Positions 55,341-64,000 of a DNA stretch of 64,000 nucleotides are shown piece by piece (position 1 is the stretch's first letter; each line of letters opens with the position of its first letter). The notes beneath the pieces were generated by a model. The model did no database searches and had not been told where the DNA came from. It saw nothing but the letters and a program-made list of their open reading frames with translations. This DNA comes from the human T2T-CHM13v2.0 reference genome, Homo sapiens: assembly GCF_009914755.1 (NCBI RefSeq), contig NC_060931.1. One strand, 5' to 3'. A program made the position numbers and the translations under genes.

Positions 55341-57271
55341 TTTTATTTATACATAGAACTTATAGTTCTTTTCTTCCATTTTGATATTGTCTGCCTGACT
55401 CAAGTATCTTATTTTACACCCACAACTGCAAATATCTCCCGTCATTTGAAAGAAGACTTACTGGAAGTCATTTTCCTACCTCATTTTCTCATTTCCTGAC
55501 AACTTCTTTCGACTGTCTTGATTAATTTCCAAATATGGGAATATTTTCAGGTCCCATGGTCAAAGATTTTATTAAAAAGTCTTACCTCTGATTCAGCTAA
55601 ATGGTTAGTCAATTTACTAATTAATAGGAAATGCTTTGTAGTTATAGGTAATTAACATGTTAATAGTTTAAATAAAATTGATTGATTCTTCTCTTTGCTT
55701 GGTTAATTTAACTATCCCAGAGACCAAGTTTTAAAAAAACTTGTTATCGTTTAGCTTTATGCAACTAATTACCGTTAGTCCTTTACCATGTCTATGTCAT
55801 TGCACTTGCTTCTTCAGCTAGTGACATCAGAACCTTCACTTCACTAGCAACATCGTACAAACAAGAGGAAGCACCATCTTGAACTTCCACAGGAATCTCT
55901 TCCTTTCGGAAGTATTTTAATCATTACTTCACCAGCTATGTTCCACTTCTGGATATTTTGTTAAATTTTCCGAGCATTTAGAAGCCACATATCACTCCTT
56001 TCAGTTGCAGGAAATTGGCCTTTTATATCAGAACACTGTGATCTGTGAAATGGGTACTCAGTGACTTTAGAACACGTCAAGAGATTAGCTTCGTGTCTAG
56101 AGTCTGCCTAAACAGTTCCAAGGTGAGATTTGTTATTTCACATTTAGCAATGATTTAAAAACAAAAACATACGCTTTGAATGGAGTGCTTTATTAAAATA
56201 ATGGAAGAACATGGTAGAGGAAGAACTCCCTGGGAAGAGTTTAAATAGTATAAATAGCTTTGCTGAGAGAGCAACAAAGTTCTGTATTGTGCTGTTGCCA
56301 CAGCAGCACCAATAATTCAAAACAAGGAAATGGAGTCTCATATTTAATATAATACAGACTTTTCCCTAGAACTTCTGTGGTCTAGGGTTTTTCAGGGATT
56401 GGCATGTTTACATATGTCTAAATTTAGACATGCCTTTTATGTAATATGATGAAAGAGAAGTACTTAAAATTCTATATGATGCAGTTATTTCTTAAACTTT
56501 TTTTTTGTTTTAAATTGACTAAAATATCAGGAATTTTCTGTGCTGAAGTCAATGCCCCAGGACATTGTGAATTTATACATATGAAGGGAGACATAATCTC
56601 TTATGCACCCCACATTTGATTTTAAAAGATCACTTTGAAAAGTATGAAGAGGTGTTTAGTAATTCAAGGAAGAAAAATAATTTCTTTTCTATTGAATATT
56701 CTATTGAACATTCTATAACAAGAGTTTTCTCTGCTGTGGAAGTAGGTACTCTGTTCTGAAAGTCAGGATCTGGAAATTCAGAAACACAGATACGGACGTT
56801 TGGGGAATTTTAAAGTAAATTTTATATGTCATTTTGGAAATAAATTAGAAAGATATCGGACCAATCTCAGGCGTGGACAGAATTCAATTCATCATTCAAT
56901 AAAGTACAACTAAATCTCTACCAAATAACAAAATCCAGTCATAATAAAAGCTCGCTTACGAAGAAATGTTTGACTGTAGCAAACTGCTTTTTATTAAACG
57001 TACTTGACACAACACAAGGAGATGGCAGTGTGCTTTCCGACTTTCAGATTTTTGTTGTCCCAATGTTACTTCATCTCACAGCCTGCCTGGCTTTTCCACC
57101 ACCAATTTTATCCTTGTTCTTACTAAAGAGTAAATTTGTAGGCAAGTTTGATTGTTATGAGATAAGAATAAATGAAATGGTTAGGGAAATTTTCATATTT
57201 TGATCTTTTCTACCCAGTGACATCATGATGAAGATGATGCAAAAAATTGGTCAGATATATATCTAGTATGA

Positions 57272-57582
<311 letters not shown>

Positions 57583-57987
57583 ACATTTACTCATTTAATA
57601 AGGACAAATATTGCCTAGAAACTAGTTTCAAAGAGGCCTGATTCATTTTTTATGTAAATTGACCAAATATTATTTCTTGCATGAAAGCTTTATTAAGGAA
57701 TTATGATGTAATTTTTCATTTATCTCTTCTGGCTAGTGTCGAAAGGGGAATTCTGAGTGTTGAAAGGGGAATTCTTAGAGATGTAAAAAAATAACTGAAT
57801 TACCCTTAAAAAGATTGAAAAGTTAAAAAGCAAATAAAAAGAAAATGAAAATATACTTATCCATTTAGCAAATATTTAAGGACCTACGTCAGTTATGTTT
57901 CTAGGCACTGGAAATAAAATGAATATTGAAAAAGACAGGATAGGTTCGTGAGACTTATGTATAATCAATATTTAAAGAGGGAATTTG

Positions 57988-58604
<617 letters not shown>

Positions 58605-58899
58605 AAAGAGGGGATTTGGATAATAAAATAACTTATTGAGATGGTCTAATATTGTTATGACTTCTTCTTCCATTTAATCATTTATTTAGGCATTATTTAT
58701 CATGAGCACATCAACATTTGTATCTGCCCTTTTCTTCTTTGTTCGCTTAATGTTATCTTTTCCAGTTTCTCAGAAGGAAAAAGAATTAAATGAACCTCAC
58801 ATGTGATTTGAAAACAGAGATAGTATCCATTCCAGGCCTCTGTTTTATTTTGCTCTTCCCCTCTCCTTGACACTTTACTTTTGGGCAGATGTGCCTGAG

Positions 58900-59009
58900 G
58901 AAGACTTAGTGTAAGATGACACAAGGTGGAACAGAGCTTAGTTTGTGAGTCTGAGAAGACTTAGTCTAAGATGATACAAGGTGGAACAAAGCTTAGTTTG
59001 TGAGTCTGA
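58900..59009. repeat. Tandem duplication, 2 x 55 bp
   Basis: gaagacttagtgtaagatgacacaaggtggaacagagcttagtttgtgagtctga repeated with 3 mismatches. Confidence 0.95.
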
Positions 59010-59994
59010 AGCAGAATCAGGCAGTGATAAGCAGTGTGTTTCCTGGAGGATGATAAACTTTCTATATGATGACCTTGTTTTATCGTGGTATTAGTGAGCA
59101 TCAAAACTATTCACTGACTTATATTCATATATTTTCTCAAGAGGAGGAAAATACTGCATGGGTTTTGCAGCCAGTCTTCCTGTTCAGATTTACTCTGCTT
59201 AAGTACTTAATTTAAGAGAGAGAGAGAGGTTGACAAAGGATTCCGTAACTTCTAGTCTTCAAATGATCAAAACTGAGGACCTGGTGAAGGTTTCAGGAAA
59301 CCACTTCTTTAATTGATTCTCTTTCCATGTAAAATGTATTTCAAAGGATAATAGCCTACGATTTGACTCCAAAGCTTCAGCGTAGAAGAGGAATTCTTCT
59401 GGCTGAACTATATAGCTAATGCTCAATTACCTTAGCTTCTATTGAACCGTATTCTAAACACCTTCCTTTGTAACCATCACCTTGTGCAGAAGTCTGTATT
59501 TTTAGCCTTTAAGCAGAGCTCAAGTGCTGTATTTAGACATCTGACTTGAAGACTAAAATTTGCTCAGTGAGCAGAACAAATGTTCAGAAAATAACATTTC
59601 AAGGTTAGAGTTAGTGTCCTGAATAAAATCCCTTTTCTTCTTTTTCTCCGTATTGAATATAACATAAATAATGTACCCTGACTGACTTTTAAGATTAAAA
59701 ATCAGAGAATACAGTGAACTTGGAAAGGGAAGAGAACATAATTAAAAATTGAAGGGGCTTCTGTTGAACAATTGTTTGCCTGAAACTAAGTACACGTTTT
59801 ATTCTTGACTCAATAGGATTATGGATCTTAAAAGGATTTTTAAAACTATATAGTAAAGCGTTTAGAAAAAGGGCCTGAATAAGCCTGCAGCTACTGTAAG
59901 AAATATTGAAAGAAACACACACACTCACAGAATCATCATAATATCCTTCTTAGTATGAGGAGGAAAAAACTAAATACTGTTTATTGCTAGTAGT

Positions 59995-60190
59995 TACAGT
60001 AATTGTATTTACCAGGTTTTGACTGTCTACAATGTGTTAGTCACTGTGCAAGGCCCTGTATATAATAAACCTTATTTAATATTCACAGCAATTCTATGGA
60101 ATAGGTATTATAAATCCCGTTTTGTAAATGAGAAATAAAGTCCAGAAAGTTTAATAACATTCTTAAGATTATATAGTTAGTAAATGGAAG
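59995..60190 (-). mobile_element. MIR
   Basis: ttatttaatattcacagcaattctatggaataggtatta...ttttgtaaatgagaaata. Confidence 0.75.
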
Positions 60191-60881
60191 TATATTGTGA
60201 ATATTTCTCAAGAAAATCTCAAAATGGTGCCCAAGACTCCCTGTCCTTGAGAAATAAAAACATTTTACTTCTTAGGGGAAATAGATGAGAGTGATACGTT
60301 GTGATTATTATTCTTAAACAAGACAATGCAAGGTCCCGGGACCCTTTTTTGAAAGGGAAATGACATATTTGCACTGAGGGAAAGTGATTATCACTTGCTG
60401 AGCATTTCCTTAAGAATTCTGCTCACTTGGATTATGTGTAATTTGGTGAAGAATTTATCCCCATGTATTCCATGAGGCAAAAGGATGTTGCAATTGAACT
60501 TCACAGTGCATCCATACCAATCCACCGGGGGAAAAATAATAAATGAGTCTGGGTACTCCCTTCTCTTGGCCACATGGTTGATGTTGTAGTCTTCACTCTA
60601 TACAGCCAGTCACCTTGTGAACAGAACTAGCTAGAGCCCAGGACTATTTGATTGATTAAAGATTCCCACCCTTAAAATTAGGACTGAAAGACATGTTAGA
60701 AATTCTGAATATGTTTTAGGCCCTGCATTTGAAAGGTAATAAATAGGGTATGTGAAACTCTTTGACCTTTTTCTGGTTCTCAGTGCCTTGAAATTTCTAT
60801 CTCAATTTTGTAGATACTCAACACTCTAACCCAGCAAGGGGAGATATTTCATAGTGGGGCATAGTAATAATATAAGAAGAG

Positions 60882-61259
60882 TGTATTAGTCTGTTTTCAC
60901 ACTGCTAGAAAGAACTACTTGAGACTGGGCAATTTAGGAAGAAAAGAGGTTTCATTGACTCACATTCTGAAGGCTCAACAGGAAGCATGACTGGGAGGCC
61001 TCAGGAAACTTACAATCATGGTGGAAGGCAAAGAGGAAACAGGCAGCTTCTTCACATGGTGGCAGGAGGGAGCAAAGGGGGAAGTGCCACACACTTTCAA
61101 ACAACCAGATCTTCTGAGAACTCACTCACAATCAAGAGAACAGCTTGGGGGAAGTCCACCCCCATAATCCAATCACCTCTCACCAGGCCCCTCCACCAAT
61201 ATGTGAGGATTACAATTTGAGATGAGATTTAGGTGGGGACACAGAGCCAAACCATATCA
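60882..61259 (-). mobile_element. MSTA MaLR solo LTR
   Basis: tgtattagtctgttttcacactgct...ggaggcctcaggaaacttacaatcatgg...ggggacacagagccaaaccatatca; 5-bp TSD aagag at 60877 and 61260. Confidence 0.93.
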
Positions 61260-62379
61260 AAGAGACTGAGTAAAGCAAAGGTGAATTAGAGATTTATTTT
61301 AAATGTAGTGGAATACCAAGTTTATGTAAAGCAGAAAGTTTAACAGTGGTATGGCTATTATTTGGTGAACTGATTATCATTCTTTTTTGCATAATAGGTT
61401 GTGAGTACCCGTGGCCCAATGGTATCTTAATTCTTCATTTGAAATTCTAAAGGTTTGCATTTCATTTTTGTTAAGCATGTTGCATTACTCTAAAACAGAT
61501 TTTAAAAGAAAGATACTGAAATATAATTCCATATAGTTACTGAGTCATTGACTTTTTCAGAACTCTTTTAGGTAATCACCCTTATTTATAGATGGGAAAC
61601 ATTCAGCTGCAGAATTAAATGATTTGCTCAAAAGGAAACAGGAATAAATGGCAGAATCAACCACCTAATACTTTGGATTTTTGGAAAGTATTAAAAATAA
61701 ACAAATCAGAACAACAAAGTTCTCCATTTCTTTGTTTGTGGAGTATTCTCCCCTCTGGCCCCAGCAAAAGAAAAAGTTAGAAAGGAGATCCTCTGGAAGT
61801 TAAACCAATGTGTTTAAGGTTAAACCCTGCCTCATGTCACTTGTACAATTTACACAACATTCATTTCCTTAAGTGCTACCATAATTTTGTGAATGTTAAC
61901 ATAAAGAAGTCCAGGAGGCCACCAAATTGTTCCCATTGGCTTTTTTGTGTAGTGTAGGATAATGAGGCAATTTTTGCTTTGTCTATATATATTTTGTGTA
62001 TTACTTGATTTTATGATCATATATTGTTTGTGTGACTTTACCTTTAAAGTCAATAGAATTATAAATTTAATTTGGTATTTACAACACACATATACACACA
62101 CATATGTATATATTTTTTCATCAAACATTAGGCAAATGATGGTTACATGAAACATGAAACTCTGGGACTACTTCTGTTTCACAGGTTCAGATCCTGTGTC
62201 CTGACTTTTGGTTGAGAAAATATAGGCTCAGTTAATGTATTCAGTTGTGTGCTTTTACCCAATTTTCCATTATCTCCTATTTCATCTTCCACCAAAGTAA
62301 CTTCAGACAAGAAAAGTGTGTTTGAAGACTACCACGGGTTAACTGCCTGTATTCCATTATAAAATCTTTGTATATCGTG

Positions 62380-62600
62380 TTAGTCTTTGGTTTTGTGGTC
62401 AGGATCGACTATAATGAATTCTGGTTCTTGATTTACCAAATGTGAGAACTTGGCCGATTTATCTAATCTTTGGGTAAATTAGTCTCCCCATGTGTAAATT
62501 AGGAATGAGAAAACTTAACCTTTAGGGTTGTTGTGAGAACTAAAAGAGCTCCAGTTTGTCCAGTGCTTGGTTTTATAGGGACTAGATACAGGTAGATTTC
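62380..62600 (+). mobile_element. MIR
   Basis: tttaccaaatgtgagaacttggc...tctccccatgtgtaaatt...tagggttgttgtgagaactaaa. Confidence 0.7.
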
Positions 62601-63049
62601 TTTCTTCTTCATTTGATTTAAATCCAACACTCACTCTTACTGTTGTCCCAGGTAAAATTTTAAAAATTCATTTTGCTATAAGTCAGACATGATTTTCAGC
62701 ACTCTGATTTAAAAAGTAATGTGATTTCTTGTGGAATAACTAAAATAAGGACCCAATGACAGTTGTTTCCACATTAAAGTTGGGTGGATTTCACCTAAAG
62801 CTTCTGAATTGCCAGACAAGCTTCACTTTATCAAGGAGAAAAATTAAAATCCACTAAACCAAAGTAAAATGAACTAAAATTCCAGAAGCTAAAGGACAAG
62901 TAAAGGACACAGTCTTCACACTCTGGGCTTTTCTTTTGGTGTTCTTTCCATTGACTGTGGGATAAAATTTGGGGGAAATTGTGAGGGTGTGAATGGCAAG
63001 TGTATGTTTGGGTTCTAAGACTTGGGTCATTAATACCAAGTCATAATGT

Positions 63050-63540
63050 ATATTTTTCTATCCCCTTTCTTACTCAGTATTGTTCATTTTTTAGTGTTAT
63101 TCAGTATTTTCAGTATCATGATTTGTAGAAATGTTTATAATAATGACATAATTATACCATAATTTCTTTTACTATTTTCCTTATATTGGGAATATACACC
63201 ATTTGCAGTTATTCAGTGACACTTTAAAGTAGCAGTGTGATGGACATTCATTTACATAAATCACTATCCACATCCTTGATTTTTTTTCTTTTGAAATGAT
63301 TCCTAGAAATAGAATCACTCTTAAGGAGTGTGAACGTTTTAAAAGATTCTTGATATAGTGTGACATTTTTTTCCCTGGGAAAGGTGTACCAATTTACACT
63401 CCTACCAGCAGTGTTTTTCACATCATGTGCTTGTCATTATCTATTAGCATCAATGATATATGAAAATGTTAAGGTTTCATAATTTACATTTACTTGCTTA
63501 CCAGTGAAGTTGAGTGTTATGTCTTATGTTTACTAGAGAA
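63050..63540 (-). mobile_element. L1ME fragment
   Basis: gattcctagaaatagaatcact...aaaggtgtaccaatttacactcctaccagcagtgt. Confidence 0.7.
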
Positions 63541-64000
63541 GACAGGCACACTGGAATGCTCCTTCTTTTCAGCAAGTACATATTTAGACACTTTGTGTTC
63601 CAGTGGTAGTTTTTCTCATTTATTTGAATATATGTCAATAAGCAAAATCTTGGCTAAAAATAATCACCTTAGCACTAAATTTAGTCAAGTGTCAAAGGCA
63701 TTTTAAAGAGACTAAATTTGGGATGCATCTCAGAAAAACATACTGCATGATACTATGCTAATGAGATTTTCTTTTTATGCTGGGCAACTGGTAATTTTGT
63801 TGTTCACCCTGAGTTCCCCAACAATGTTGAACTAGCAATTTTCAAACCTGTAAACATTTGCTTTTGTAATCAAAATTGAAAGATACAATTGAAAGGAAAG
63901 ATTTAGTTCACAAACTGTATAATCTTCTGATTCTGCAGAATTGAAATGAATAAACTTGAACACATATTTAAGAACTCAAGCTCTAGTCAGCATATAACTT

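Noticed and set aside
58900-59009. Direct repeats as a possible CRISPR-like array
   Set aside because: Only two abutting units, no spacers, eukaryotic context.

Overview
AT-rich, CpG-depleted human (primate) genomic DNA, most likely deep intronic. A near-consensus AluYa5 points to human. About half the window is interspersed repeat: ~16 Alu copies or fragments (J, S, Y, Ya5), L1 (L1PA, L1PB, L1MA/MB, L1M/ME), L2, MIR, MaLR LTRs (MST, MLT1) and hAT DNA transposons (Charlie1a, MER5/20/45/53/63/81), plus microsatellites. Subfamily names come from recalled consensus sequences and need RepeatMasker confirmation. I recognise no protein-coding gene, RNA gene or CRISPR array. The supplied ORFs are repeat-derived or chance ORFs. 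I found no new multi-gene system. The best signals are unusual retrotransposition and repair scars: (1) an Alu plus ~360 bp of unique DNA inside one perfect 15-bp TSD (candidate Alu 3' transduction or tail-nested retrocopy); (2) a 52-bp Alu fragment apparently templated from an Alu 817 bp away; (3) a tail-less L1PA with a perfect 14-bp TSD; (4) a twin-primed 5'-inverted L1PA sharing its 5' breakpoint with (3); (5) a very young AluYa5. Three phase-compatible + strand exon candidates are reported as speculative.
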